A DNA stretch of 64,000 nucleotides from Coniocarpon cinnabarinum. Lineage: Eukaryota. The stretch's first letter is position 1. Each line of letters opens with the position of its first letter. Positions 23,755 through 37,950 of this stretch are shown here, piece by piece. The stretch is from NCBI GenBank assembly GCA_051942205.1, contig JAVECO010000056.1, forward strand, positions 1 through 64,000, in the 5' to 3' direction. A program made the translations under genes and the position numbers. Under the pieces are notes generated by a model. The model had not been told where the DNA came from. It made no database searches and was given only the letters and a program-made list of their open reading frames with translations.

Positions 23755-26478
23755 CTACGTGATATACCGGTACGAAGGCGGGGTACTATCCTCAATCCGC
23801 TCCAAATACTCTCGATCAATCAAACTCTCAATCTTCTTCTTGACCATCGCGACGTCGGGCCGAAATGACTGTGAAAGCTGCGAGATGGTCTCAACGGTCA
23901 GGTTCTGATGCGAGAGTTCTCGCCGCTGCTTCATGATGCGGACGATTGCGGCTTCGACTTGGTAGCCGCGGTGCTCATCTGCTTTCCGCTCGGTCTCGCG
24001 TCGTTCTCGGTCGTTCTCGACGCGGTTCTTGTCGCCGCCTGCAACGACGCCGACTTTGAGCTTGAGGAAGGGCGAGCTGAAGGCGTCGTTGAAGCTGAAG
24101 CGGTCGTCGGGCTTGACGTCTTTGCTCATGGGTTGTTTGACTAGGACACGAGTTTTGGGCGCAACGGCTAGGGATTGCAGATTGCGGACGAGGTCCGAGG
24201 AACCGATGTTGGTGCGTGCTTGGATGTCGTTGAATGTCAGTGAAGAGCCGTGAGGTAAGTCGTTGAATAGCATGAGAATTAGCATGGCATAGGTGGAGAC
24301 GTTGAGTTCGTATCTGCGCTCTTTGCCGAGCGCACCTTCTTTGCCGGGTATCTTGGGAAATGTGGCTCGGACGTCGGCAGTGCCCATGTGTGGCATCCAC
24401 GTCAGTTGGCGGCCGGAGTGCTTGGAAGCGTAGAAGTTCTCAAAGCCTTGCTTGACGCGCTCCAGCTGTGGAGAAAAGATGACCTTCGACTTGGCCACTG
24501 CCGACTCACCCGACTCTGCGATTGACATGGACTGCATGCTCTCCAACGGCCATGTCATGCTGGTGAGCACATGAATGGAAAGCTCAGTAGTCTTGCCTGT
24601 CTTCGTGGCGTTGACTTTGTTGCGATACTGGGAGCTTAGCTCATCGGAGAGCGCCATGTCCTTGAACATGGCTTCAAGTTTGGAAACGAAAGAGTTGCCG
24701 AGTTCGATCTTCATCTTGCGAATCATCTCCCGTTCGTTCTCGATGCTGAGTGACTTGTTCATAAGCAACCGCTTGCACAGGTGCTTCTTGTAATATCGCT
24801 CGAACATGTCCTTGTCCTGAATGTAGCGAAGCAATGTTATTGCTTTATCTAATATCTGGTCAACTTCGTTCTCCGTCTTGTCTTTCAACCCTTTCTTCAT
24901 GTTCTCGTCTATGAATAGGGAAATGTACTCAGAGCTGCGCGAGAAGATATTAATTGATTCGGTGAAACTTCGGGTAAGCGCAGGTTGAATGATTGGATCC
25001 GACTCCAGTGATTCCCGCCATAACACATCGTACTTATCCTTGAGCTTGAGAATAGCCTCCACCCACTGAATCGCAGCGGCAGTCTGTGCGTTGATGGCAC
25101 GATCGGCTGTGGGCTTGCCTTTTGACTCGCCAGCTTCAGTCTCTGCATGGGCCAGATGATGTGACGCATTCGCGGCGGCATCATTGATCTGTCCACCAAC
25201 TTCATGAACGCCACGTTGCAGTGCCTGAGTGAGCTCGGTCTTCTTTTGGTCGACGCGCGTGTTGAGCGCGTATAAGAGCTTGAGATCGCCATATTTGTCG
25301 TTTTCGACCATGTGCCGGACGCCGCTCTCGACCACAATCAGGTCTTGAAGCTTGTTCTTGATCATTTCGTCATCAACAACAAGGGTAATTTTCGCTGCCG
25401 TGGATTCTGATAATGTCGTCTCGCAACGCTGCACTTCATCTCTCACTCGCTTGAGCGTGTGACGGCAGTATGACGCGGCATCGGCGTTCTGAAGAAGCCG
25501 TGCGCTTTCTGCTTGGTAGAATATACGACTCGATGCAATGAACTGGGGTTCGAACGATGTTAGGTACAACCGCTCGTTTTCATCAGCTGCAGCTGTCTCG
25601 TGCAGAGACTCGAGCATTGTTACACAGGACTTTATAAGTTGCTTGTCGATTGGGTCGCCGTCGCGATCCATTTGCACGTGATCAAGAATGACGGCTATGA
25701 CGGTTTCTAGCATACTGGATGTGTCACTCGAGGCCTTGTGACGTAATATTGAGTCTCGATACTGTATCATTGCAGCCGTGTAGATTGATGGCTTGTGGTT
25801 GTCAGCACAGTACACACGATCCTGCGGTTGCAAGATTAGCCTGAAACTTGGAGAGCGCAGGTCTGCGTCAAGAGCATACCAAATACATGAACACGTCTGT
25901 CGACATATTCATGACCAACTGATGATCTTCAAATGAGCCTTTCAAGCCGCGCATGAAGTTCTCACCCTCCGCTCGTCGCTCGTTGACCGTCGCCGTGGTA
26001 CCGCCGGTGTTGGTCGCAGAAAAGACAGATGCAGAAACTAGCTCCTGCAAACGTGGTAAGACCTCTAGGCTGAGCCATGCGCTCTCGAAACTCTGGATTT
26101 TATTATAGAAGACATCCCCTTTCTTTTTCAACACGAGTTTGTATCCGTGTCGGTATATTGATTCAAAGGAGAGTTTCGAAGCGTTCTTTGTGTGCATTTC
26201 TCGAAGCGCCTCGGCGATGACGCCCCAAGTCTCTTCGAAGTCGACTTCATTGTTGCCGCTGACGAGACCCTGTCGAAAGCAAGACGTTAGCATGTTTGCG
26301 GAATTGCTTGGATAGTAGTGATATGGGAAAAGCGAGGGCGCAAGGAGCAGCTGCGGCGTGACGTAGCAAGGGACATAGGTGAGATGAAGGACAGGATGGC
26401 TCGTGAGAGTGGAAATGTGCAGAGGCGTACCTTACGGGGCGGCCGAATCTTAGGCTTTCCCCTGGCCGCATTCATCAT
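23755..26478 (-). CDS. CUL3: Cullin-3; introns 26270-26430, 25822-25879
   Basis: SKLSFESIYRHGYKLVLKKKG, DVFMYLDRVY after splicing, KDMFERYYKKHL, neddylation motif EAAIVRIMKQR. Confidence 0.96.
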
Positions 26479-26990
26479 GGCTGCTTGTCACCTCCAAGTG
26501 CCTGACATAGACTGAGTTTCTGCCTCTTGCGGGCAGCTTGTGCAGGCGGGGCCGTCGTGCTTGCTGCGGCGGTGAACAACTCGAGCATGCGGTCGAGCTC
26601 AGGAACAGAGGTGGAGGGATTAGCTGCGGCTTGCCAAAAGTCAGTAATTGTGAGGATGCTGGCAAGAGATGCAATGTACATTAGAGATCAATGGCAGCTA
26701 TGGAATGCAGACAGACAATGGCCGCATGCGTCTCTACCTTCATCTCACATGCGACTACCTTCACCAGACCACTTCCAATCTTATCTCCGCGCTATCGCCA
26801 GCGTGCTTTTCTGCTCGGTCCCGGATTGCAGGGCCGTGCACGTGACAGGAGTCTCCTCGATGTCGCTGGCCTCAACACGTATTGATTCATATCTGACGCC
26901 GCCAGTGAATCGATACAGACACTTTTTGAACCAGCTCTAAAACCCGTCTGCCTATCCATTGTTTTGGTCCTCTGTATCTCCTCCCCGACG

Positions 26991-27560
26991 ATGCATCGAT
27001 TTGCACGCATCGATCATATGTCTCTCCGACAGACCCTCCTTGGCCGTCCGAACGCCCTCCCACCGCCTCATTGTCACCGTCTCCTATCCGCAGCACCTTT
27101 TCCCCTTGGCTCCAGACTTGTTCACAAGCCGACTGCCGCTTCCCTCCCTTGTCACAGATATCACAGCACTGACGCAGATGCCAATAAGAGTGCTAGCGTC
27201 CGAATCACGCCTGAGAGAAAGCCGTGGCGCGCCGCTCCGCATCGTCGTCCTGATGAACCAGTGTACGAAATTTATTTCACCTGCAAGGCCTGCAAGCAGC
27301 GGTCCGGCCATAGCATCTCCAAGCAAGGTTATCATCATGGCACAATCTTGGTTCAATGCCCAGGCTGCAAGAATCGACACTTAATTAGCGATCACCTCAA
27401 GATCTTTTACGACAAGGGAATGACGCTGGAAGATATCATGCGTGACAAAGGCGAATCCATCAAGCTGGGCTCCCTTGATCAACAGGGCGACGTCGAATTC
27501 TGGGACCAAGCATCTGCTGATGCCGCTGAGGGACATACTCAACCTGATGTTAAGTCATAA
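26991..27560 (+). CDS. ZIM17: Mitochondrial DNL-type zinc finger protein (Zim17/Tim15/Hep1)
   Basis: YEIYFTCKACKQRSGHSISKQGYHHGTILVQCPGCKNRHLISDHL; Arg-rich presequence. Confidence 0.95.
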   Translation: MHRFARIDHMSLRQTLLGRPNALPPPHCHRLLSAAPFPLGSRLVHKPTAASLPCHRYHSTDADANKSASVRITPERKPWRAAPHRRPDEPVYEIYFTCKACKQRSGHSISKQGYHHGTILVQCPGCKNRHLISDHLKIFYDKGMTLEDIMRDKGESIKLGSLDQQGDVEFWDQASADAAEGHTQPDVKS

Positions 27561-30500
27561 GCTGAAAGAGACTGCGAATGCGGTCACCAGTCTCTGGGGT
27601 TATGATACCACACCCCCAACTTAGTATCTGCGAGCAGGCACCAAAGGCAATAGATGCACCTCTGATAGCCAAACCAGCAAGGAAGGTTGAGGATGCCTAG
27701 TTTCGTAATCATTTCTGCAGCGGCCTTGCTGGCGCTCATGACTCTGCTCGTTAGACACGTCCCAAGCATGGTCAATCTTGTCGAACGACAGCGGCTAGGC
27801 GTATACATCCCCTCGTTAGCTGGATTGGACACTGATCAGTCATTGTGATCGCTATTGGGGCGATGGTCCTTCTCAAATCACGAATTAGGGCTTCGTTTGC
27901 ACAGAGGACCTTGACGCTTTCGACATCTTCTGGTCTTGAAAAATGTGCAAGCCTGCAAGCCGATCATCGATCCTATCACTGGCATGCGTGCTTTCTTCCA
28001 GGCAGACCATGGCCATCTAACTCTCCTCTTGAAGGTGATGTTTCCGATCCTCTTTGCAGGATGTGACCATGAACCGTTTGTGACACCGGACTACACCTAC
28101 TGTTATCAACTTAGCATCTGATCGTAGAGAGCTCGCACACTCCCAGGTTCGACTAGGGCAAGGCTCTTTCCCCCCCATCTCTTCCGTATCGTCGTCGATA
28201 TCCGGACCTTGGACGATCAGCCGCTCGCCTGACAATGAATTTCTTGTGGCTTGGGGCCTGCATCTTCATATCCTTGATGATGGCGTCCTGCGCTTACACG
28301 CTATTCAGAGCGCAAATGTCCTGAGCGTCCCTCAAGGTCGCATTTTCCTGGACAATGTTGGGGGCTTCCTGTCCTTCATGACCACGCCTCTACCAACTCA
28401 AGCTATTCTCACACGCAAGAAAATAGCAATTGGAAGTCGATGCATGAGTTTACCGTCGCTGCGACGCACTGCGGCTGACATTCCGTGCTGCTCCTCGCAG
28501 GGCGGCGTGATGAGTATCCATTGGCGCTAACACTGCGCTCAAAGGGCGTCGGCCGGTTATTAGTGATTGTAGGACGTCCTAGTGTGGAAATCGAAGGCCA
28601 TAGCATTACGGGGAGATGATGGTCCACTGTTACGTCTCGAGCTTGACGTCGCCCTTCCTGAATTTCCGTCAGAATGAGCTCCATTGGAATAAAAGGCTGG
28701 TGACTTCTTTTCACGCGTGGCGCTGGCGTTCAAAGATGGACAGGCAATGCCCTTGCCGTCCAAAGTTTATTCTTTTCACCATACCAGCTTGCGTGATGAA
28801 TCGAACGTTTCTGAAAAGAGAGATTCCCCAGCATAGCCTTCTGAGCGCTTTCGACGGTGAGGAAGGACCGGCATACCTGGACCAGACAGGTCTAAGATGC
28901 TGGATCGGTTGCTCGGTAGCCTGACATGATGGACTCCATGGCAGCTGTCTGGAATCTGGCAGCTGCGCCATCAATCGAAATGTCTTTGTTAATTCGAGCA
29001 CGATAAAGTCCATGAACCAAAGCCGCGAAGACGTTAGTGGAGGTTGGGGATCCATCCAGCGTCGTTCAACATTAGTAGTGAAGACGGGACCACCTCGCCA
29101 GTCCCCCGGCATGGCGAAGAATGCCAGACGCAGAATTGTAAGCTCGTTCATCCTCTGGCCAGAAAGGGTTACACTATTCCATTTCCTCAATCGCAAATTG
29201 AATGTTCGAGCCGCTCTGCGCCTGCACGTTCCCGAGCGTCTTTGGCTTTTGCGTTCTTCTTGACGCGGGCGACGTTCACTGAGCCAGGGGCGCCTTGTCC
29301 TATCTACTTGGACTTGCTGTAAGAGATCGATGGACTTTCCTGCGAGACGACTTCTTGAAGCCTCTTCGTAACTTCGGCCTCCGTTATAGAAGACGCACGC
29401 GCTATTTCCACGGTTCGGCGCGCGGTGGAGCTGCTTCATTGCCTTTTGAGGCATCTTCCATCCCGTCCATGGGAATATGGTAACGTTCAAGACGTCAGAT
29501 TTGTCCTCAGTCCAACCCTGGCGAATACTAGTCGCCAGGAGGTGTCGATGCGCGTGGGGAAAGGCTCGTGTGGACACATCAACTCTTGCTGGATGGGTGT
29601 CATTGTCCTTCCTGGTTACGCCATTGTACAAGCAAGCGCCAGTCCATTCCCTGCGCCCTACTTGGCTCGGGTTGTTCATATTTGTCTCAGCGGACGCGGG
29701 CGCTCTCCAGGTTCTCATGGCCTGGGAAGCTCGAGCAGTTGCTGCTTTCTCGGCATTCTTTTGCTTCCGCATATATGATCTCAAGGATTGAAGTACACAT
29801 TGGTCTTGATGACCATTTCAAAGAGCAGGTTGAACTCAGATTGTGATTTTGCGTTGTCAGTCGGTGGAAACAGGTCCAGGACTATCAAATCTGTGCGACT
29901 GCTTGCTGATTGCCGAGAGGATCGAGATATTCGCCCGTCTTTGCAGCGAACTTGTGTCCGGCCATAGTGATCTCCTGGGGAAAAATTGTTGCCATCCTGT
30001 CACGAGTCTCAGGATGGGAGCCTGCGACATGCACCACACAGGCATTGAAGCCTGCCACAGACTGAGATGTAGCGGGCGTATCGACTCGCTGCGCCAGGTG
30101 ACACTGGAGTGGGCACCCGCATCAGTGGGTAGACTTGGAGACGGGCCTGGATACTCTATGTCTCCTAAGAGCTCGGCCTGTCACTCGCGGCAAGAGTTTT
30201 GGCATGGTTGCGTGCAGGTGTTGGCGTACGTTCATCCAGACGCTGATACTTGTGATCTCGCAGCTGAAGATAGTGCCCATTCAAGTTGAGCATGCTGTCG
30301 GAGCCGCTGAAGATCAACACACGATGACCCTCCTCCTTCTACTTTGTCATAAGCTGATCAAGCAACATCATCCTAACACTGTTGACGATGAGTCCACGCA
30401 GGACAGCTCCTCGAGCGGTGTGCTGGTTAAGGTACACCTCGACGTCTGGGAAGAGGCGTGGATGTATGCTGGCCTTCTTGAGCCCTTCTTGAGCTCGATC

Positions 30501-33500
30501 ATGAGATTGCTCAAGCCAATCTTGGCGACTTACTCCGTTGAGCGGGATTCGTTGACTTTGAAAATTATTCATCAAATCAAGACGTTGTCGGCAAGGGCAC
30601 GCCTTCTTGTGCTTGTTAATGAACGTCTTTTCCATGAAACGTTCACAGCGAATTTGATGACATCTCGGACCAGGTCAGGCCTGGATATAGCATTCCCCCC
30701 TGGAAGTCAGCCAATGACAAAGGGGCGCTTGGAAGTGCAGGTTGCATTCTTGCTACTCTTCTTTTCAGCATACTTGGAGTACGCTTGACGACTGTTGGCA
30801 CCTGCTCGTTTGTGTGAAGCAGGCTTTTGATTGGCTACACCTTCGACAGCGGTATGCACGTGGACTGACGCTTACTTCTCATCAATCCGCAGGACGAAGT
30901 AGTACTGTGCAGGATTGATGCTATTCTCCAAATGCTCTGCATGCCAGATTTAAAACAATTTCGGGCGACAAGAACCAGTAGAGAGCTACGAATGTTGTTC
31001 ATGATCGCCTTGAAGTGACCTCGGTCCTTCGGTGCTCGATGCCCTGGACGAAGATTGCAGTTTGACCGGCGAAGCGGAACCGTGTGTAACCCCATGTACT
31101 TGCCCACAGCAAGCGATTGATCAGTGGTAGCAGACTGGTCACAAGCGACGACAGCAGATTGTGATGTTTTTCATCTTCGTTGTCGTCGTCACCGCGTTTC
31201 TTGTCCTGGTCTGCCCTTTGTGTCAGGGTCTTCGTCGTCTTCAAGACGGTTGCACTCTTCCGATTTAATCGAGATGGTTCATCACAATGACCTGGGCATT
31301 GAAACTGTCGCAGCACTTTGGCGGGCCGGATTCGCTGTCATCAGCGATTTTGCCACGTCCGATTTTCTCCACACATACGTCCGCAACATTAAAACCGACA
31401 CATCGTCACTGTGGAGGCCTTCTTGGAGCGCCTCGAGATGCATTCCAACAGCGTTGATTTCGGTAATGACACTGGCAAGCGCAAAACGAATCGAAGGTGA
31501 TGTAGATGAGCCGCGCAACGTCCTCAGATTTCCAGAATTCCATACATTTCAAAATGTTCGTGAGGACTCAGCTTCATGCAAATACCATCGAGCGATAGAT
31601 GAGATGGACACAATCCCGTTCTCAGATGACGGTTAGCTCTGTGGTCATCGATATTGCGGTAGGTCAGCGCCGACACCATCGTGGTTTGGCGATGCAACAG
31701 CGAAATTCTGGGTAGGGGAGAGCCCATAAAGGTCAGCGGCGCCCATAGACAGTGCTCGACAAAGTTGGGGGCGGCATTTTCCACGATATTGTGGTAGGTT
31801 GCCATGACAGTACCGAGCCTATTGACACCTGTCTCGACACGGCCGCCGGCTACTGTTCCGAAAACACTAGTCTTGGTCTTCAAGAACCTTCATTGTGACC
31901 TGCGCCAGCCTGGCTTCGTAGACAGTTTGACACTGTCCTGCCTATTCCTGAGGGGAGCAGTGTAGATAACATTGAGTTGCTCTTCTGACGCTCTGATTCC
32001 AGATTTCTGCCTGACACCACTTCCAGGAGGAGGTCATGCGTCTCTTGCGGTAGTGTCTGAGAATTACCAAATCAGTACCAATGCGCTCCAGGCGCGGCAT
32101 CGAAATATTGCTTTGCGTCGCCGTACTCGAGATGACACAGACACAGCAGGCTGAGGTTGCCAATATAGACGCGGCGATCGTATTGACAAGAAATCTCAGA
32201 ATGATTGCATCATTTGTTTCCTGGCCGCTGCCTCCTCTGGAAACCACTTTCCACGGATATTCCCGTCCAGAGGCTGTTCTTTTGCGTTGCTGATGGGAGG
32301 GCTCTCATACAAATCCGCGGTGCCGCCATGAAACCCAACAGGAAAGAACAGCCTATCCGAATGCATTGACCCTGCAGATGCACTGCCGATTTGTGTAAAG
32401 AAGGACTTCAATGTCGTTTCTGCTCCAGGGTCACCCGGCCTGAGAACAATGATAAAGATCCTGGCGTACTTCATCAAGAACTTTTTCAACCTGCACGGAG
32501 AGATCTTCTGGCATCTTACTGGAGAGTATCATGAGCTCGAATATGTCAAGTCTGACTCGCTGGACCGATGGTGGTAGTATTGCAATCAGTCCCGCAACTT
32601 GAATGCTGGGGTTTTTCGGTGCGATGGAAGCCTGACAGCAAATTGTTTTGGTGGTAAAAGCTGAGCACCAACGAATTTGACGGCTCGAAGTTCCTGGCCA
32701 TCTTGACTCCATCCTCCATCTCCGCAGGGGCCATTTTCTACTTTCGGGGTTTCTCACTCACGTTTTGGTCCTCCCTCAGGTCGATCTGAGGAACACCAAT
32801 CAAATATGGTACACCCGGACCTTCTGATTGACTTCCGGGAACCATTGCTTGTACTTAACCCAATCGTCTAAAGCGTGAGTATACCTGAAGGGTTTCTCTC
32901 ACGTTCTGCTCTTCCTTCAAGTCGACTTGGGTGCCAACGACCAAGCATTACACCCAAGGGAGTGATCATGAACTTCCGAGAACCTCTTTTCGCGCACGTT
33001 GTCGAATGATGCTGGCGAGGTGACCGAGAAGCAAACGAAACCACATCCATTCGGGAATAAGAGAGCACTCCTACACCCAATAGTTATACGTTACTTTTTG
33101 TTGTATATCCAGGACTGTTGCATACACCACACGTGTATGCATATCCAGCGGGAACTTGATAGCTTGCGCGTTCATGCCGGGCGCAAGATAACACTTCCTC
33201 TTTATCTAACCTTCAATGTGATGCAGTAAGACACAAGGATGTTGGTAACAGGTGGTGCACTCAGCTGTCAGTTTCTTGTTTCACGAAAGATAATGTCCTG
33301 CCATCCGGTTTTGGGGCGTGAATTGTGACGACATCTTGCGTGCCTTTGCTGGAAAGCGTCACAGTATTTTGGGATCCGTCGCAGAAGCCAGCAGCGTTGG
33401 AGACGCTGCCCACATATTTCCTTTCGCGGGGGTATTCCACGACGGCTGGTGCCTCCTGACCGTGTTCCAGGGGTCTTCTTGAGGTTCGTCGTCCCAAGAT

Positions 33501-34989
33501 TGTCGATCGTCCTGGGGCGGCTTCTCTGACATGTCACCATGTGCTTGGACGACATGCTGGGCAGTGGGTTAGTAAGATTCGTATAAAATTCGAAGGAAGT
33601 ACCACAACTCACTGTGTGCTTTTCAAACCGATATCTAAAGGGCACCATACAATGATGGCAGCGTAAGTCTGAAGGCCAGACCCCTGGGTCTGGACCCTCG
33701 GCTAGGGCCATTTCGGCTGGAGCACTGACCTCTCCGACTGGGGCAAAGATGCCGACCGCCAGAGAGGTCAAGGTCCAGATTGTGGTACATGAATCGGGCC
33801 AGAGGTATGTAGCGAAATGCAGACGGGGCGTCCGGGCTGTCGTATGTGGATTTCACTTCTGCGACTGTGGGCATCCTCTCCCCGGTTTGGCTCTTTGTCG
33901 ACGCCACACCTATACTGTCCTGGAGGAGCCCATAGTGCAGAGTCTGGGCAGGAGAGTAAAGCAAAAGGAGGTTATCGACGGATTTGCTTGAGCCGTCTGT
34001 GTCGAAACAATGGCAGCGTGTGTGTGACGCCACCGGATGTTTCGTCCACTTTGCTCTACTTTCTTGCGCAATGGACAGCCCGGAGCCAGTGCCTTAATTG
34101 ACCCTCTTGTCTAAAGCTTTCAATCGACTGTGGAATCTGTTACAACTCGATCTGCGATAACACTGCTGGAGCACCGGAATGCTGAGGTCTTTGAACTTGC
34201 CTAGTCGATGAGATATTCCCAAGGACCCGTTCGATGAGTTGTTATCCGACTCAAACTTGAGCTCATTCTACAACGTTGACGCAGACCTCGGTTTGAGAAG
34301 CTGCGGGAAGCGAAGAACCTGAGGCTCTTTGGGCCTTTTTCATGATCCTATGTGCGAGCCGACTACGAGCGACTGCAAGTAGCTGCAACCGAGGGAACGA
34401 GAGTGAGGAGCGGTGAGTGTAATGTGTGCGTTGTATCACACCGTCACTGGAATCCGGGAACGGTGCAGGGTCTGTGAAACCTGTGGACCTCAATTCGCTC
34501 TTGTCGACGCGTTATCGTATGGCGCTCGAACTTGTTGCGATCCGGTTCAGAAGACGGAGTGGTCCTGGCATAAGGCCCGCCTCTTGCCCCTCGAGCACTT
34601 ACTGAGGGATCGGCGTTGTTTTGGCTATCTTCAAGGGGAGGACGCATTGTCGCAGGTGATTGAGGCGGTGGGCTTGTCGGACAGTCTGTGTCGACGCTGC
34701 TCATGCTTAGATGCGTCCGCGACTGACCTCCTGTAGGCGTGCCGATACGCGCATAGTGGCTCGCAGAGCGGGACGTAATAGCAGCTCCAAGTTCCTGATG
34801 CGTCAGACCGTTTGTGCCATGATTGTATCCTGATTGCGCGCCGTTTTATCCAGAGGATCTAGGCGCTGGTCCACTAGAAGACTACCACTGAATTTCCTTC
34901 TTGGAAAGACCCACGGCAGGAGACTGCACCTCGCCAAAACAACGCAAGTGCGCAGCCACAATGTGTGAGGCTTTGCCGAAGTCGATGGC

Positions 34990-35210
34990 GTGCACACTGC
35001 CCTGCGACCATTGCCTTCGCTTTCTGCGACTCTTTGGTTGGTGCGGAAGTGATAGTCAAGATGACGTGCCTTCCGTGCTTTTCCTTCGGCCGCAGCGGCG
35101 GATCAACGACCGTACGTCATGCATTGCGATGGCGCAGATTTGTACAATCGGTCGTTGATCATATCCGGGCACGCAACCTTAATAGAAGCGGACGTGAGCT
35201 CAACATGTCC
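34990..35210 (-). pseudogene. PCF11: Decayed fragment of PCF11 (C-terminal Clp1-interacting / zinc-finger region)
   Basis: One frame reads HVELTSASIKVACPDMINDRLYKSAPSQCMTYGR*SAAAEGKARKARHLDYHFRTNQRVAE, matching the fungal Pcf11 LY..P.QCxxCGRRF...GK..KARHLDWHFRTNQR pattern, with Cys>Tyr and an in-frame stop. Confidence 0.8.
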
Positions 35211-36769
35211 TTGTTGCGCACCCGGATCACCGCCACTTGGCTCGAAGAACTTGCAGCATGGGTTGTTGAGCCCATGCCGCCAATAATACCATGCTTGTTG
35301 ATGTATATCTTGGACAGCTTTCATGGGACACGCGCAGTGCTGATCGCGGTCAACTTTGCAAGTGTTTGAAGCAACATCGAAGCTGGAGTTCTACGTCTGG
35401 GCTCTCCATTCGCCAGACTTCTCGCAAAGATGTCTGCGTTGTCGACATTGCCACTGCTGCCTCGTTGCACCCCTAACGACATCAGCCGTGTGTCTTTGCA
35501 TTGACTCTTGCGGAAAGGCTGTCTTAGTCGGTTTTGAGCTGTCCATTATGGACTGCTCTAATTGGTTCGATGTCCAATAGTGTCGGCAAATCGGATCGTA
35601 CTGGCTGCCGAAACTCAGTGGGACAACGTTAATTTGCTCACTGCCGGATCGCGCCTGTTATTTAAACGGCAGCTTTTGCCTTTCTTTGATCTTGCGGTCG
35701 ATCTCTCTTGTCCGAGCCTGCGTCCGCTTCAGGTCTGTGGTCTTTGGTATTTCTCAGCTCTTCTGGACTGTCGAATACGTGTTTTGCACACGGCCGTTAT
35801 GGATCTCGTTGCACAGCCGCTGGCGTCCGCTGGATATTTCCCAGGTCCTCGAGGGTACATGATTGTCCCGTCTGAGTATGACTAGGTGAGTATTCTCATT
35901 TCTCGACCATCTCTTTTGTGACCTTGTTTGTGATGTGTTTCGCCATCTTGTAATAACATCTTTTGTCATCTCTTTCTTTGTGTTCCGTTCGACCTCGTCT
36001 GGCATCCAGAGTTGCAAAAAGTTGTGAATGATAAGTCGAAGATTTTCAGGAGCGTTGAAGTTCAGTGGACGGGATGCGAGCAGGATGGAGTGCTGTCTAA
36101 GTCATGTTTGCTGGTGCCTGTTGATAGGCATTCCATGGGTGCTGATAAATCCGAGGATTGATCACGACTCAAAACGTTAACAGCTTCAGCTCAAGATCCT
36201 GAAGTCTGCTTGTGAACATTGTTTCGCATTCGATCTCTTGGATTACGCTGGCATCTACCTTTGCTGGTGTTTGTGTGGAATGCGGATTATTGTCTCCACC
36301 GTTGCTTGAGATGCTTATGGAGCTTGTTAGCTCGCTGCTGCTGGAGTTGGTGACGCCGAATGGTTGTCTTCAATGGGTTCTTTGCCACAGATCCTCCTCG
36401 TCTTCGAAAAGGTCGGACAGGCCGCAATGGAAGTCCTCGTCATCGCGTGCAAAAGGTCGGCGGTGCTCAAGGAGAAATGATGAAGAGTATTTGGTCTGAA
36501 CTCTTGAAAAATACGGATCTTGACGGCATCGCTGCTGGCATGCGAGCAGGCTTCGTGTTACGATTAATGGTCCACCCTTGTCGCGAAATTCTTCTGTGTC
36601 TGGCTCTCGAGAGTCCGATAGGTTCATGTCAGGGTTCACACACATGAGCTGCTCTCTCGCGCGCGCACCGGCTTGTCCAAGGATTTTCAAACTTTGCCTC
36701 CGTCAAGGACTCTGGAAGTCGACATGGGCTTCTTTACCTCCAGTAGCTACGCGATTAGATAGGCTGCAC

Positions 36770-37950
36770 GATGCTGCCTTGGTGATCATAGCAGAGGAGA
36801 GATGATCCATCAGGTCTGTCCCAACCTGGATGCCAGGCTCAAATTGTGAGAAGTTGAAGCCGTCCGACGATACTACTGCGGACAGCACTGGGTTGTATGT
36901 CGTCCTGGGCACACTCTGGCCTGGTGGTTTGTGTCATTTGATGGTTGTTGAGATGGGATCGATGAAAGACGAGCTTGGGTGTGTAACATTTAAATTTGTT
37001 CGTCGGCGACGGCGCTCCTAACATGGAGCGTATAAAACTCAAGGATGCGAATCGTTGATCGTCTCGAACAGCTTCTTGCCGTGCTGTTGACGTCGGTTGA
37101 TGGTTGCTGAAGAGGAACTTGATGGCAGGCGCGCTCAGGTGTGTGAGATCGACGATTGCACCTAGACGACCGCGCTTTGGCAACGACAGGTAAAAACATG
37201 ATGATTGCATATCACTAAGCATCTGAGAGAGCGCATTGCTCAGTTGCTGATGTCGATTGATGGTTGTTGTGAAGAATCCTCATGGAACGCGTCTGCGGGT
37301 GTCCGATGTCAACATTGGCACGTAGGTGAGGGCGCTCTCATCGTGCGCAATAACAGGTCAAGAATCATGGACTGCTGGCCATTCTGCGTAGCCTGTTACT
37401 CTGCTATTGATGATGATTGATGGCTGCTGAAGAGGAATTGATCGAGAGCGTGTTTGGGTGCCCAAGGTCGAGATTTGGATCCAGAAGGCGACGTCGCTGC
37501 CGTCACGGCTCGCAACAGATGAAGACTCATGGATTTTCGGTCACCTGGAGAGGCTTCTGGCTCTGTCGCTGATGTCCATTGATGATTATCAGGAAGATGA
37601 GTGATGAAGAGGTGACAGAAGGCGTGTTCGGGTGGAGAGGGTCAAAATTGGGACCCCCAACGGCGACACCGCTGCCTTTACAGCACGCCCCAGGCGACGA
37701 CTAATGGATTGTCTGTCATCCTGAGAGGCTTCTGGCTTTAAAGCTGCCGTCGATTGATGATTTTCAGGAAAGGAACTGATGGGTGGTGCGATTGGGTGAG
37801 GGAGGCCAATTTGACTCCCCCCAGGCAACGCCGCTCCCTTCACGCTACGCAACCGGATTCGCACAATCAGCGACTTGGACACTTGATAGCGTCGCCGCCG
37901 TCGATGTCGGAAAGAGAAAATTGATGGATGATGATGGGAAAAAGGAGGTT
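36770..37950. repeat. Degenerate tandem array, ~160-bp unit, 7-8 copies (probably a relic of a ~53-aa repeat protein on the minus strand)
   Basis: Anchor TTG(A/G)TG at 36779, 36938, 37097, 37257, 37417, 37579, 37754, 37921; recurring GCTGAAGAGGAA and GAGAGGCTTCTGGC; minus-strand NHQ..PEA.QDD motifs. Confidence 0.75.

Noticed and set aside
28711..29784. 357-aa minus-strand ORF
   Set aside because: No recognisable domain, non-ATG start in the track, surrounded by broken frames; treated as part of the decayed zone
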